A stretch of 64,000 nucleotides of DNA from a virus. The notes under the pieces were generated by a model. The model was not told the origin of the DNA. It searched no databases and saw nothing but the letters and a program-made list of their open reading frames with translations. Made by a program: the position numbers and the translations under genes. This document shows positions 27,745 through 38,776 of the stretch, in pieces. Position 1 is the first letter of the stretch, and each line of letters opens with the position of its first letter. The DNA lies in the IMG/VR virus record IMGVR_UViG_3300027908_000022, positions 1,572-65,571 of that record. The stretch is one strand, 5' to 3'.

Positions 27745-28632
27745 CTACATGAGCGCCAGGCCGGCGAACCCACCCACCGGCTTGTCGCACCATTCGACGC
27801 GGACCGTCACCGGGCGCGCGCCGCGCCGACGCAATTCGGATCGCAATATGTCGTGCGTCGAATAGGCTCTATGCGCGAGCAAGAAGCCATCGAATCGATT
27901 GAGCAGTGGGATGCGGGCGGTCCGTAGGCTCGTGGCAAACCGCACCTGCGTATTGCAAAATTGTTCGGCGGGATTCCACGCAAGCGCGGCGCGTTGGCTC
28001 GCTACCCTGGCGTCGCGCTCGTCCCGGCGCGCCTTCGCATACCGCACGTCGGCCCGTGCTTGCTCCGGACTCTCGGGCCATACGCCCTTGCGTTGCCAAC
28101 GCCGCACGTCGGCTTCGGCGAAATCCTCGCTCGTGATGAGGCCGTCCTCGTAGCTACCCCTGGATACCTGGTCTAGGTCCTGCTCGGTATACCCGAGCTC
28201 GAACGAGACGTTCTCGTCCTCCTTGCCGCGCGGTACGCGACTCAGGCCCTCGCGCTGCACGAGACACTGGATCTCGTATAGGATCTTCCACTTGACGAAG
28301 CCCGATAACTTGCCCTTGTCGGGGTCGTAGCAATCCATCGCCTTGACGAGGGCCATGAGGGCGCACTGGTAGGCGTCATCCCAGTCGACATCCCGAAGGC
28401 CCTTCAGGCCGGAGCCCGGGAGCTTCAAGTCGTTTTTCCTGGCCGGTCCGCGGCCGATGACCTGGTCGAGAAGCACCTTCACGAGCGGCTCGTTCTCGTA
28501 GACGAGCTGCCCAAGCAGCTTTCGTTTCTCGGGCCCCGGCTCAAGGGCGCGGTAGGTTCGGAAGAGGACCGGGTCGAACGTGCCGCGCCGCGATGGGTCG
28601 TGCATGTGTGGGTAATTGCGTAGGTACGCCAT
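27745..28632 (-). CDS. Sigma-70 region-2-like transcription factor
   Basis: DDAYQCALMALVKAMDCYDPDKGKLSGFVKWKILYEI aligns by eye with sigma regions 2.2-2.4. Confidence 0.65.
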   Translation of the reverse strand: MAYLRNYPHMHDPSRRGTFDPVLFRTYRALEPGPEKRKLLGQLVYENEPLVKVLLDQVIGRGPARKNDLKLPGSGLKGLRDVDWDDAYQCALMALVKAMDCYDPDKGKLSGFVKWKILYEIQCLVQREGLSRVPRGKEDENVSFELGYTEQDLDQVSRGSYEDGLITSEDFAEADVRRWQRKGVWPESPEQARADVRYAKARRDERDARVASQRAALAWNPAEQFCNTQVRFATSLRTARIPLLNRFDGFLLAHRAYSTHDILRSELRRRGARPVTVRVEWCDKPVGGFAGLALM

Positions 28633-28938
28633 GCGCCCGACGACCGCACGAACAATTTCGCTGGCGTCGGGCGATCTATCCTACCCGTGCGAACTGGAAT
28701 TCAATCGTTGCCGTTCCACCACATGGGCACCGACGCGTCTGGGCGACCCCGGTCATCCCATCTCGACCATCACTGTTTTCTCCGATGTAACCTATGCAGA
28801 CAACCGCCATGCTCTGCCATGCCTTCATGTTGAGCAGTGTTCCGCATCCAATGACGCAAATATCCGAGCGAACCGGCACGGCGACTTGGATAACCAGTCG
28901 CCGAAATGCTTGTCACTCGCCCCCAACGCAGGCCCAGC

Positions 28939-29118
28939 TCAGTCCAGGATGAGTGGGCGCTCCATCAGCGCACCGATTCTCATGCGTGGCTTGCCCGCGT
29001 CGTCCGTGATCACCGCCGAGCCGTCTGCGTCGGCCGCGCGCATGACGAGAGACGGATCGCTCTCGAACTCGTCCTGTCGGAAGCACTTGGGCTCGGATGG
29101 ACGTTCTTCCGTGCTCAT
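28939..29118 (-). CDS. Small hypothetical protein (possibly Phd-like)
   Basis: 59 aa; F...P..VMRAA...G.AVITDD.GKP pattern. Confidence 0.4.
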   Translation of the reverse strand: MSTEERPSEPKCFRQDEFESDPSLVMRAADADGSAVITDDAGKPRMRIGALMERPLILD

Positions 29119-29181
29119 CGCAGCCCCCTGCCGTGATGATGCGCGACCGCCGCGCAGTCTGACAAGGAGCAACCGCAGGTA

Positions 29182-29550
29182 TTGCAGTGGTCCCATGGTG
29201 GCCTCCGATCACGGATCGTACAGTTCGACGAGGCCGCACGCAAGCTGCGCGACGCCATGTTGGCTGCAACAGAGGGGGGCGCCGTATCGATCGAGGCGAG
29301 GCGACAAGCGATCGCAACGGCCGGCGCGGCGATCGACCTCTTTGAGAAGGCGCATGTTCTGGTCCTGACCATTCTCGAGGAGATCATCGCGGCCAACGAG
29401 AAGACGACTGGCGAGGACATGTCAGAGCACAGAAAGCAGGCGGTCACAGAAGCCGGGGGTACGCGCAAGTACATCGGCGACGAGCGCGCTCGACTTGATG
29501 CGCTGGACTCGGCCCTGAAGGATCTCAAGGGACCGATCGGTCAAGCATAA
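29182..29550 (+). CDS. Hypothetical coiled-coil protein
   Basis: Helical 122-aa ORF on the counter strand. Confidence 0.5.
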   Translation: MQWSHGGLRSRIVQFDEAARKLRDAMLAATEGGAVSIEARRQAIATAGAAIDLFEKAHVLVLTILEEIIAANEKTTGEDMSEHRKQAVTEAGGTRKYIGDERARLDALDSALKDLKGPIGQA

Positions 29551-30053
29551 CCATCGAGCCGTCGGGCCCGATCCTCCAGCTTCCAAGAGGCGAGGTCATT
29601 GTCAGCGACCCATCGGCACCGCACTCGGTTCTGTAGACAGCATCGCCTTGCCTGGTCTCCAACGCGATTCCGCCGTCCGCCAGTAAGAGCGCCCGACCGG
29701 TAACCGGAGGTTCAGAGGTTGCCTTCGTCGTGGACACGGCCGTCACGCAGCCCCCGCGTCGCACCGGTCGCCCACGAGCCGGACGATCTCCGCGATGCAC
29801 TTGGCGATCAGCACGACGGCCGGCGTGCTGTCCGTTGGGCTGGCTCCGCCCATCACCCACTCTCTTTCGTGAGACGCTGCGTCCGCCAGTGCGCGCCGAA
29901 CGTGTCGACCCGGATCGCGGCAGTCTCCCCGGTGTCGAGACGGAGCTGGATGTAGGGCGCTTCCTTGACGAACGCGCCCACCACCACGGCGCGCTCACCT
30001 TTCGGGAAGGCGCCGTGACCGCGGATGCATTCGGCCGTGACGTCGTCGCTCAC
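29525..30053 (-). CDS. Run of small hypothetical ORFs (29525-29746, 29743-29853, 29853-30053)
   Basis: Chain of GTGA/TGATG start-stop overlaps. Confidence 0.4.
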
Positions 30054-30955
30054 TGCTCCGGCGTCCCCTCGATGACATCGAGCCCCGTCTCTTCGCCCAC
30101 CGTGACGCACGCCTCGTTCAGGGCGTGGTCGAGGACAGCCTGGGCGCGGTGCATCTCGTACGACCACGAGATGACGCCCTGGTTCACGCGGTACCGGAGG
30201 CGCGTCGGGATCTGATACAGCTCGCCCTGTCGGAACACCGGCAGCGCCAGAAGAAACGCCTGCGGCACCTTGAGGGCCGCGCCGCCCGCGTCCGAGTGCG
30301 ACTCCTCGAACGCCATCGAGATTTCGCCCGTGCCGAGGCGCACGTGCTGCTTGACGCGCTGCCCGACGTGCAGCTCGAGCCCACGGCTCACCTCGAGGAG
30401 CTTGCTCGGGCTCGCGAATCCGCAGGACAAGAGCTCGACGAACGCCTTTGCACCTTCGCCAGCGGCCGCCGGATCGGCAATCTCCGTGATGTGGTCCTCG
30501 AGCCATGCCGCGAACGCGTCTTGGCCCATCTTGCCGCCGTTCGAGCCGCTCCACGCTTTCCACTCATCGCTGAACGGAAACAGATATTCGCCACGGTGTA
30601 CGCCGAACCGCGGATCCCCATCAGCCCCCTTGCGGTGGTAGTCGAACACGCAGCGCAGACAGGGACCCGACCGGTCCATGAAGACGAGCGAGTCCCCGTC
30701 CTTGAACCGCTTGGTGTGGGCGATGAACGACTCGAGGGTCGTGAGCTTCGCCGTGCCCTTGCGGCGCTCGGGCTGGGTCCGATATTCCTCGAGGAGCCGC
30801 TTGACCGAGTGCTGGTGATATCCGCCCGATTCGTTCGGGACCAGTAGCACCTGGGCCTTGAGCTCTTCGTCCTCGATCTCGATCTCGATCGTCTGCGGCC
30901 TCTGCGCTCCCTCGATAGCGAGCTTGGCTCCCGCCTCGGCCTCCGTATCACTCAT
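30050..30955 (-). CDS. DUF2303 family protein
   Basis: RRKGTAKLTTLESFIAH, FDYH, W..W...GQ.AFA..LED, FLLALPVF..G.LY....RLRYR. Confidence 0.85.
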   Translation of the reverse strand: MSDTEAEAGAKLAIEGAQRPQTIEIEIEDEELKAQVLLVPNESGGYHQHSVKRLLEEYRTQPERRKGTAKLTTLESFIAHTKRFKDGDSLVFMDRSGPCLRCVFDYHRKGADGDPRFGVHRGEYLFPFSDEWKAWSGSNGGKMGQDAFAAWLEDHITEIADPAAAGEGAKAFVELLSCGFASPSKLLEVSRGLELHVGQRVKQHVRLGTGEISMAFEESHSDAGGAALKVPQAFLLALPVFRQGELYQIPTRLRYRVNQGVISWSYEMHRAQAVLDHALNEACVTVGEETGLDVIEGTPEQ

Positions 30956-31373
30956 GGCTGCCTCCCTCGGCGACGACGCCGTCCTCGTCATGCGCGACCG
31001 GCTTCGCGGCCTCCTTCAAGGCGTCGCGATTCGCCTTCGTGAAGCTGACCTCCCTAAGCGGCAGCTTCGTCTGTCGCGGATTCTCGTTGGCGAGCACGTT
31101 GCCCTTGCCCATCCAGAACACCGAGCGACCGCGCGGCGCCTTCGGCTCCTTGACGACGATCTCGCTGTCGATCATGACGGTGCCGCCCTGCGAATCGCAC
31201 GTCAGCTTGAGCTTCAGCGTGAGCTCGCCCTTCGCCTTGCCGACGTTGTCCGCCTGCTTGGCGAGCTTGTCGTTCATTTCTTGCAGCTTGTCCCCGAGGT
31301 CGACCAGAAGCTGTCCGTCCTCGAGGTTCTGGAGCAACTGCCCGAAGCCCCTCACGTTTCCGCCGTCCGTCAT
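30948..31373 (-). CDS. DUF2303 partner protein
   Basis: KAKGELTLKLKL..KEPK.PRGRSVFW....L..ENPRQ.KL pattern, typical upstream of DUF2303. Confidence 0.7.
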   Translation of the reverse strand: MTDGGNVRGFGQLLQNLEDGQLLVDLGDKLQEMNDKLAKQADNVGKAKGELTLKLKLTCDSQGGTVMIDSEIVVKEPKAPRGRSVFWMGKGNVLANENPRQTKLPLREVSFTKANRDALKEAAKPVAHDEDGVVAEGGSHE

Positions 31374-31433
31374 GTTTTGCCGCCTTTCGTGCTCAGCAGT
31401 TATGCCCGTTCCGGGGGCATATGTCTAGTGCGT

Positions 31434-32441
31434 TCAGGCCCAGACTTCGTGGATCACCGGATCGTCTTGCGCGTAGCGGCCGAGGTTCGCGAGGCCCTGC
31501 GGAATGCTACGGCGCGCGTCGTCCAGCGTCTCGAATGCATAGGCTACGATCGACGGCTCCTTGTCGTACCACTGCCGCACCACCCACTTATCCGGGAAGT
31601 CGCGCGGACTGCAGTAGATCACCCAGAGGATCACGACGTTCCCGCAGCGCCCATCGCGAGACGCTCGGCATACACCATCTCTTTGAGCTTCTCGCCAAGC
31701 CGGAGGGCGTATGCAAGCTCGTGCTCTCTCGGCGGGCACCCCGAGATGATGAGCTCGACGACCTCCCCGAGGACGGCGAGCCGGATCGTGCGAAGCCGCG
31801 CCTCAATGGCGTCCGTCGCGATCGCGCGCGTATCGGCGGGGACTCCCAGCCCGTGCCAGAGCTTCTCGATGATCTCCACGGCCAGGGCCCGCACGTCGTC
31901 GCTCATGGCTCGTACTTCTCCCCCAGGTATTTCTCGGCGCACGCGCGGCAGTAAAGGCCGTGTCGAATGTCGATGTTGTCAGCTCGCCACGCAGGCGCCG
32001 TGACAAGATGGTCCGGAATGTCGTGCCCGAAGAACCCCATGGCTGCGGCACATCGCCAACCGCCAGTGAAAAACGAGTCGCTCGGTACTCCGCGCGGAGG
32101 TCCGTATGGGATATCGTTGGTCCAGCTCATGATGGTTGCTCCGTGAAGACCTTCTCCCGATTGACCGCGAGCATCAGGCGCGCGGTATCGGCGAGCAGGG
32201 TGAGGGTGTTGCGCGAGCACGCGGGGCACTCGCATCGATTGCGCAGCCGCCAGATCACTCCGACGAGCCAGCAGTGCGCGATGCGCTGGGCGTGGTCGAC
32301 GGGTGTCACGGCCCAACCTTGAGGCACCGTGCCGGCAAGTCCTTGAGCGGCATCCATCCGAGGCTGTCGCAGTCCGCCAGGCACGACACGTAGATCGCGC
32401 TCACGACGAGCACCGCCGAGAATAGCACCATCAGCGGCCAC
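31434..32441 (-). CDS. Four small hypothetical ORFs (31434-31634, 31631-31906, 31903-32130, 32127-32441)
   Basis: Coupled overlaps; the first has the IY..PRDFP..WVVR.W phage motif. Confidence 0.5.
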
Positions 32442-32463
32442 GCGAGCCAGTCTTCACGCCGAA

Positions 32464-32949
32464 TCATGGGACCTCCTCGATCCGCTCGATCCGGATCTCG
32501 ACGCCATATATACCACGCTTGACCTTGCGCTGGTCAAGGACCCACGTGAAGGCCCGGTTATCGTCGCGGAGCTGGAAGACGTCGGCCACGCCATCGATCA
32601 GAGGCTTGCACGCCGCGCCAAGTCCGTCCCACGCGTCCAGCTTCCCGGCGCTGAGGCGCGTGATGGTCACCCGCGCTGGGAGCAGCATGTGGGGATGGAA
32701 TCCAGCTGCACGAATGTGAGCGCCCACCGTGAGCCGCGTCGCGTTGCGGATGCCGGCCCGCTCCCGAGCTCGGATGATCGCCGCGAGACGGCTGTTGCCT
32801 TGCGCGCCGTTATTTGGATTTCGCGTGCGAACCGGAAGCGTGGCGATGACGTACGTAGGGAATATTATCAGCGGCGGCTCGGGCGGAACGCCGGCCGCGC
32901 AGGCCTTGCACCGGAGAGAGCCCTTTGCGGCGCTGCATGTGTGCCGCAT
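32464..32949 (-). CDS. RusA-like Holliday junction resolvase
   Basis: RVTITR....KLD.WDGL...CKPLIDGV......DD. Confidence 0.6.
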   Translation of the reverse strand: MRHTCSAAKGSLRCKACAAGVPPEPPLIIFPTYVIATLPVRTRNPNNGAQGNSRLAAIIRARERAGIRNATRLTVGAHIRAAGFHPHMLLPARVTITRLSAGKLDAWDGLGAACKPLIDGVADVFQLRDDNRAFTWVLDQRKVKRGIYGVEIRIERIEEVP

Positions 32950-33731
32950 TAGTTATCCATCGACAGTTGCAGCATTGCGTCGCCATAGTGACGCTCCATG
33001 CGACGCCAGAAATCGTCCTTGTTCGCACTTTGGTGTGCGAGGGCCTCCACGATGTCGAGCTGAGACGCCAAGTAGTCTCGGCCCTCCGGCGTCAACAGTT
33101 GGTGATGGTTGCTGCCGAAGTGCGGGGTCGGATTGCGAACCTTGAATTCCCGTCCGCCTTCGCACGAGAAAATCGTGTCATATATTTTTCGGTTCGTGCT
33201 CGCCAGAAACCTAGGGTGACTGCCGCCGTCGTGTTGCACGCCGTGCAGCGCCGCGAGCGCCTTCACCAGCGTTGGCTTGAACATGATCTCCCAGTCGCCC
33301 GTCGCCTTTGGCAAAAGAAACGCGTCGTATAGTCGTCGAAGAATGCTGCTGTTTATGCGCGTCGCAGCTGCCTGCTGTTCCAGGAACTGACGAAACACAC
33401 GCACCATCAGCTTGCGCACCTCGGCGGCCTTTGGTGTGGCCGCGTGCACGCACACCATGAGGGTTTGATCCTGGTCGAGCCAAGCTTCCTCAACCTCGAC
33501 GGCCCGAGTACTGCCCGCCTTCGCGATTACGCGCGCCACCGTGGCGCGCGTAATAACGTATGCAATTTCGCCATCTTCCACCAACCTTTTGATGAGCTTT
33601 CGTATATCCCTAGGCTGCTTGAAGCCGAGCCGCTTGGCCAAGTCGATGTCCCTCACCCTGGGTTCGCCGTCTTCATCCGACTGGAGAGACAGTCCGTCCA
33701 CACAAAACGCCACCATCTGTTTTTTCGCCAT
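32949..33731 (-). CDS. Antirepressor-like protein with P63C domain
   Basis: N-terminal RDIDLAKRLG...PRDIRKLI; C-terminal WE.MF...TN..IYD...NHHQLLT. Confidence 0.6.
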   Translation of the reverse strand: MAKKQMVAFCVDGLSLQSDEDGEPRVRDIDLAKRLGFKQPRDIRKLIKRLVEDGEIAYVITRATVARVIAKAGSTRAVEVEEAWLDQDQTLMVCVHAATPKAAEVRKLMVRVFRQFLEQQAAATRINSSILRRLYDAFLLPKATGDWEIMFKPTLVKALAALHGVQHDGGSHPRFLASTNRKIYDTIFSCEGGREFKVRNPTPHFGSNHHQLLTPEGRDYLASQLDIVEALAHQSANKDDFWRRMERHYGDAMLQLSMDN

Positions 33732-33784
33732 GTTCCTCGCTCCTCACCGTCAATTATACAGCACCCGGCCCTCGCGCGCGCGCG

Positions 33785-35527
33785 TCATCCGAATAGGCTT
33801 CCCTGCTCGGCGCGCCTCTCCTGCACCTCGCACTCCGTCGGGTTGACGTGCGCCGGAACCTCGGCCCACCGCTTGAGCCGGGCATGGGCGATGCGGATGT
33901 AGCCGCGCTCGTCGTCGTCCGCTGTGCGCTGGATGCCGACGACGTGGCCCCAGCCGGCGCGGAGGGCTCCGATCATCTCCGAGCCGACCCCGGCATAGGG
34001 AACGAGCAGGCGGCGGCCTTCCCCGGGCGGGAGAATGAGCCGGGCGAGGTACCGGGCGAGCTCGATGGGTTTGATGGTCGGATGCCCGTTGCGGACAGCG
34101 GGCCCGATTCCGATGAACTCCGGCGTGTGGGCCCCATCCGGACACGGAGTGGCAGCGCGGCCACCACCGAGGTGTAGACCGCAGGACGCGCACCGGAATC
34201 TCGCGGCTCCGGCGCCGCGACCTGCTCCAGCTCGAGCGCTGGCGTTCCCCGCGCTATCCGGATCGCGGTTAGTGAGGTCATCGGCCTTGAGCGCCGGCAA
34301 ATCCTCGCATCCGAACTCCCGCTCGAAGCGGGACGCCTTGGCGCAAAAGAAGAACCGCGAGGCCCCGCCGGAGTCGCCGCGGGCGGTCCCCGCCGAATCG
34401 ATACCTCCGAACATCCCGCCGCCGTAGCCCTCGCGGTGGACACCGCCGCCGGACATGCCGGGCCGGTCCCCTGACTGGGCATCCAGCATCGCAATCGGAC
34501 AATCGTCGACGCACTCCCATGCCTCGACCTGTTCCTTGCCGTCGGGGCCGGCGTAGCTCATGTCGGCGAGCGCCGGCTTCGCCTCGTCACCGCCGAAGGT
34601 CCGACCGCCGCCGTTCGTGCGATGGGCGGTTCCGGTCGAGACCCGTTTCGTCCCGACGCGCCGGCACCCCTCGTCGTGCGACATCACGACGTTTGCGGGC
34701 CAGCGGCCTTCCGGGGCTGTATCGGGACCGTGGAACGTCTCGCCGCTGGTCGAGCGACCGGCATTCCCGTGGCCGAGACATCGACCGTCGGCGCTGCGGT
34801 TCGTGCAGTTCGTCCCGGCGCCGGCTCCCGCAATCCGGCACGCGTCAATCGCGAGCGCCCCGGTCCCGTGCTCGAGCACGGTCTGCACGACGGTGCCGTC
34901 GAGCGGCTTGCGGGCGAGAATGCAGGGTTCTCTGGCGGGCTTGAGGGCCGTTCCATAGCCGGCGAAGCGGGCAGCCTCCTCGGTGGCCGGCGCCGTCACT
35001 CGGCTGATGAGGTACCCGCGCTCGTCGGTGTCTCGGCTCTCTGCGCCTAGCGCCGTGCCGCTCTTCTCGTTGTTGGCGTACTTCCAGCGCCCGACCGTCT
35101 CGGACACGACGCGACGCTCGACGCCCGCCGCCTTGTCGATCGCCTTGCTGACATCGAGTGATTTCGGAAATCCGCTCGCATAAATCCAGTCAATACAGTC
35201 CCTTATCTCGAATCCGGCCGCCCGCATCCCGATCGAGATGAGATCCTGCGTGCGCGTGCCGGCAAAGACGAGCAGGTGCGCGCCCGGCTTGAGGACCCGG
35301 AAGACCTCGCGCCACACGGCGACGGGCGGGATCTGCCAAGTCTTCCCCATGAAGTCGCCACCCATGTCGAGGCCGCCCTCGCCGAGGATGTACGCCGCAA
35401 GCTGCCTCGCCGTGGGCTCCCGCGTCCCGAGCCCGTACGGCGGGTCCGACAGGACGCCATCGAAGCTCGCTTCGGGGAGCGTTCGGAGGACTTCGAGGCA
35501 ATCGCCTTCGAGCAGCTCGTAGCTCAC
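33785..35527 (-). CDS. DNA methyltransferase (N6-A/N4-C, beta class)
   Basis: LLEGDCLE, SDPPYGL, WIYASGFPKS, HPTIKP, LVPYAGVGSE. Confidence 0.9.
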   Translation of the reverse strand: MSYELLEGDCLEVLRTLPEASFDGVLSDPPYGLGTREPTARQLAAYILGEGGLDMGGDFMGKTWQIPPVAVWREVFRVLKPGAHLLVFAGTRTQDLISIGMRAAGFEIRDCIDWIYASGFPKSLDVSKAIDKAAGVERRVVSETVGRWKYANNEKSGTALGAESRDTDERGYLISRVTAPATEEAARFAGYGTALKPAREPCILARKPLDGTVVQTVLEHGTGALAIDACRIAGAGAGTNCTNRSADGRCLGHGNAGRSTSGETFHGPDTAPEGRWPANVVMSHDEGCRRVGTKRVSTGTAHRTNGGGRTFGGDEAKPALADMSYAGPDGKEQVEAWECVDDCPIAMLDAQSGDRPGMSGGGVHREGYGGGMFGGIDSAGTARGDSGGASRFFFCAKASRFEREFGCEDLPALKADDLTNRDPDSAGNASARAGAGRGAGAARFRCASCGLHLGGGRAATPCPDGAHTPEFIGIGPAVRNGHPTIKPIELARYLARLILPPGEGRRLLVPYAGVGSEMIGALRAGWGHVVGIQRTADDDERGYIRIAHARLKRWAEVPAHVNPTECEVQERRAEQGSLFG

Positions 35528-36721
35528 GGCAGCGCCCCCGCAGCCTTCTCCGCGGCGACCCACTCGCGGAGGGCCTGCAAGGCCTCACGCCTGGACTCCA
35601 TCGCCAGTCCGCAGCCGATGGCGATGGCCTCCGCTTCGACCATCCGCACTCCGGCCAAGAGCGCCAGGTCCCGCTTTGCCGCAGCCGACCGCTTCTTCGT
35701 CATGCCTGCAGGTGCAATATTCGTCGTCATGGTTTCCTCATGAGGGCCGCCCGTTTTTCCGTCGCGTCGGCCATCTTCATCAGATACACGCCGATCTCCC
35801 GAGCGCAGTCCGTCGGCATGTCATAAGCGTGGCCGAACCGGTCGAATTCGAGCCGCACCCAGCCATCATGTTTGCGACTCCGGCTCACGGTGATTTCCTC
35901 GCGCATGACGCCGCGACGGCGGTAGTAGGCGTGCCGTGCCAAGAGCACGCCGAGCAGGAACCACACGGTCGCCGTGTACCAGGGAATCATAACGGCAGTT
36001 CCACGGTCTTGCGCTTGGTCGGCGTCGCCTCGGCGACCATGGCCTCGAGCTCGGTGCGGGCCTCGGCGAGAGTGTCCGTTGGACGCCAGCGACTTTGCCA
36101 TTGCTGCACGGCATGGCCTGAGACGTAGAGTCTCATTGGCAAGACCTCACTGCGGAAATGGCCGCCCACACAAGCAGGCCGATCACCGGTATGGCCACGA
36201 GCACCGCAAGCACGGTGTCCGAAACGAACTCCGCCCGGGTGCACTGCGAGCACGGCGCGGGGTTCATGTGGTCCTCGCAGACGGGCGGGGGTGGTGGAAT
36301 GGGTGGCTTTGGCGTGGGCCGGCGTCGTATGGCGCTCACGACACCCTCTCGTCCGGTCGCAGCGCCGCCTCGAGGATTTGGTACTCCGCCGCGTCGAGGC
36401 CCCTCACGACGTCACCGCGTGCAGCAGCCAGCCGAAGCCGCAGAGCGTGGCCGTGCGCACGGCCATTTTGGCGAACATCCACAGAACCTGATCGTTCACG
36501 GGTTTCGATGGGTCGCGCTTTTCGGGTGTCACCGTGTAAAAACAGGCGACCACCACAGAGACCCCGGCCGCGCCGCCGAGGCCGAGGTGCGGGGCCCCGA
36601 GCGGGACCGCAAACCAGTTCCAGTTGAGCATCACGCAGAGGGCGTTCGCCGCAATGCTGAGCGGCAGCCCGATGAAGAAAACCACGGCCGCCGCGAGGCA
36701 GCCGCTTTCCTTGTCGCTCAT
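35524..36721 (-). CDS. Run of small ORFs (35524-35730, 35727-35990, 35987-36136, 36133-36339, 36404-36721), several membrane proteins
   Basis: ATGA-coupled, with hydrophobic helices. Confidence 0.5.
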
Positions 36722-37488
36722 GACGTCCTCCCGCAATCGATGATCCTGGCCCCCTCGAAGAGCCTTCGGGCGATGCCCTCGCCGTACTTGGCCGCCGCCT
36801 TGTCTGGCGTCAGCCAAGTCGTGATCCAGAGCGGCCGCTGCTCCGCGTGCCGCTTGAAGACGACCTCCGTCACCGCCGACCGCGCGATGTCCGCGTCCGT
36901 CCCGAGGTCGTCGAGCAAGAGCAGTGGGGCGAACATCGCGTCGACGACCTCCGACGACTCCCGGCCGAGCGGCGCTCGCGACCGGGCGCTCGCCAGGTCC
37001 GTCGCCAGCGCGAAGTGAGCCGGGACACGGTTGCGCTCCACCCACCGGCGCATCATGGCGACCGCGAGCGACGTTTTGCCGGTGCCGCTTCCTCCGACGA
37101 GGATGACTCTGGACGCGTTTACGGCTCCCATGGCCCTCCGGGTAGCCTCGATGCCTCCGGCGCAGCGCTGGGCCAAAAGCGGCGCAGCAAACGTGCTCCA
37201 CGCGAACCCGGGCGGGATGACGCCATCGAGCATCTCGCGGGCTCGTCTGGCGTGCTCGACCTTTTCGAGGCAGTCCCAGCAGACCAGCGGGGAGCCTCCG
37301 CCGCTCGTGAGCTGGCCGCACGTCGTGCAGGGTCGGAAGGTCGGCGAGAGCCGCGACAGAACGTCCGCGATCGTCTCGGTGACGGGTTCCGGTGGCGCTA
37401 GTGGCGGCGGGTCCACGTGGCTCAGAACCGACCCATGGATTGGGCAGAAAGTCGTAACTTCACACACACATGCAGTCTCTTGCGTCAT
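36718..37488 (-). CDS. DnaC/IstB-like ATPase (helicase loader)
   Basis: Walker A GGSGTGKT, LLLLDDLG, R....P..ITT..., YGE.IARRL. Confidence 0.85.
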   Translation of the reverse strand: MTQETACVCEVTTFCPIHGSVLSHVDPPPLAPPEPVTETIADVLSRLSPTFRPCTTCGQLTSGGGSPLVCWDCLEKVEHARRAREMLDGVIPPGFAWSTFAAPLLAQRCAGGIEATRRAMGAVNASRVILVGGSGTGKTSLAVAMMRRWVERNRVPAHFALATDLASARSRAPLGRESSEVVDAMFAPLLLLDDLGTDADIARSAVTEVVFKRHAEQRPLWITTWLTPDKAAAKYGEGIARRLFEGARIIDCGRTS

Positions 37489-38270
37489 TGTCCGTCCCCT
37501 GCTTTCCAGACCCTCACGGCTTCGGTGGGTTGCTTGTCGGAGGTGATGCGGCGGACCCCGGCGGCCCGGTCGCGCGCTTCGGTCGACCGCCAGCTAGCGC
37601 AATAGCTCTGCCATTGACCGGAGACGTGGATGACGCGATCGGCGTGCTTGCCGCAGAACTTGAGCCAACACGTCTCGATGTCCACGACCCCGATCATTTT
37701 CGCGACCTCGCGGAGTTCGTCCGGGATCCGGTCCGTCGTGCGCACAACCCGTTCGCTCAACAGCGCGACGGGCATCAAACCGGAACCCCTCTCGGGCTCT
37801 CCCAGAGATCCAGAAGAAGAACCAGAGCGAGAGTCAGAACCAGAACCAGTGACCAACGCGCGTTGCGAACCAGTTAGTAACGCGTTATGCTCATCCGCAT
37901 GAACCAAATTAGTAACGCCGTTAGTCCGCGCCCTTTTCTCACGAAAAGTCGCCTGACGCTCGCGCGTGGCGGTTCTTCGCGCATCGATTTGTTCTCGCGT
38001 CTCGTTCTTCTCGGCGTACCGGACGAGGTAGTAGCCTCGTACATGCGGCTCGAACAGACCGACGTCGACGAGCTTCGAGGCGAGCTTTTTCGCCTCCCTG
38101 GAACCGACGCCGAGTAGGTCGCCGGCCATGTCGTGGTCGAGGATCCCGTCCGGGCTCTCCTCGTCCCGGAGGTACGCCAGCGCCGCCGCGTAGAAGCCGC
38201 ACGCGGCCACTCCGGCGCGCTTGAACTTCTTGTGCCGCCAGAAGCAGACGTCGAGCTTCGCGAAGATCAC
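37485..38270 (-). CDS. Phage replication initiator-like protein
   Basis: Typical N-terminus (KLD..FW.H.KF..AG..A.G.Y) directly upstream of the DnaC-like gene. Confidence 0.65.
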   Translation of the reverse strand: MIFAKLDVCFWRHKKFKRAGVAACGFYAAALAYLRDEESPDGILDHDMAGDLLGVGSREAKKLASKLVDVGLFEPHVRGYYLVRYAEKNETREQIDARRTATRERQATFREKRARTNGVTNLVHADEHNALLTGSQRALVTGSGSDSRSGSSSGSLGEPERGSGLMPVALLSERVVRTTDRIPDELREVAKMIGVVDIETCWLKFCGKHADRVIHVSGQWQSYCASWRSTEARDRAAGVRRITSDKQPTEAVRVWKAGDGQ

Positions 38271-38776
38271 GTGTCCCCCAAGAAATGCGAGAACACTGAC
38301 TCGGCTTCCTGATGAGTCAGGGCATCCGTGTCCAAAAAGTCTTGGTGGAACGTTGTTAGGCAGCGTCTACCGGCATCCAGTCCCGAGGACTCCAATACGC
38401 GCTCAATTTCGCTGACGCACGCCTCCGGGTCTCGCATCAGCTCGAGCGCCATGAAGCGCATGGTCGGGATACCCCATCGGAGAAGCAAACGGTCGCGGCG
38501 TCGGTCCCCGGCTGCCTGCTCCTGCGTTCGTTCGTGGAACTCGAAACCATCGACCTCGATGGATATGATCGGGTGCTTGGAACCGATCCTAAAGCACAAG
38601 AAGTCTGGGACTACCGACTCGACACCGAATGCTCTCATGGGAGGCTTCGGCACGACGACAGTTTCCTTGCGCAGCAGAAAAACCCAACCCGGTTTCTGGC
38701 GCATACGTCTCCAGGCGAAGCCCGACCCCTCGGCGTGCGAAACGAGCTTGTTCTCCGGATGCGAGAAGACATTCAT
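38267..38776 (-). CDS. DUF559 / Vsr-like endonuclease
   Basis: VPDF..IEVDGFEFHE...Q...DRRRDRLL...G...MRF. Confidence 0.8.
   Translation of the reverse strand: MNVFSHPENKLVSHAEGSGFAWRRMRQKPGWVFLLRKETVVVPKPPMRAFGVESVVPDFLCFRIGSKHPIISIEVDGFEFHERTQEQAAGDRRRDRLLLRWGIPTMRFMALELMRDPEACVSEIERVLESSGLDAGRRCLTTFHQDFLDTDALTHQEAESVFSHFLGDT

Noticed and set aside
36718-37488. IS21 element (IstB)
   Set aside because: No IstA transposase or inverted repeats; the context is a phage initiator plus loader.
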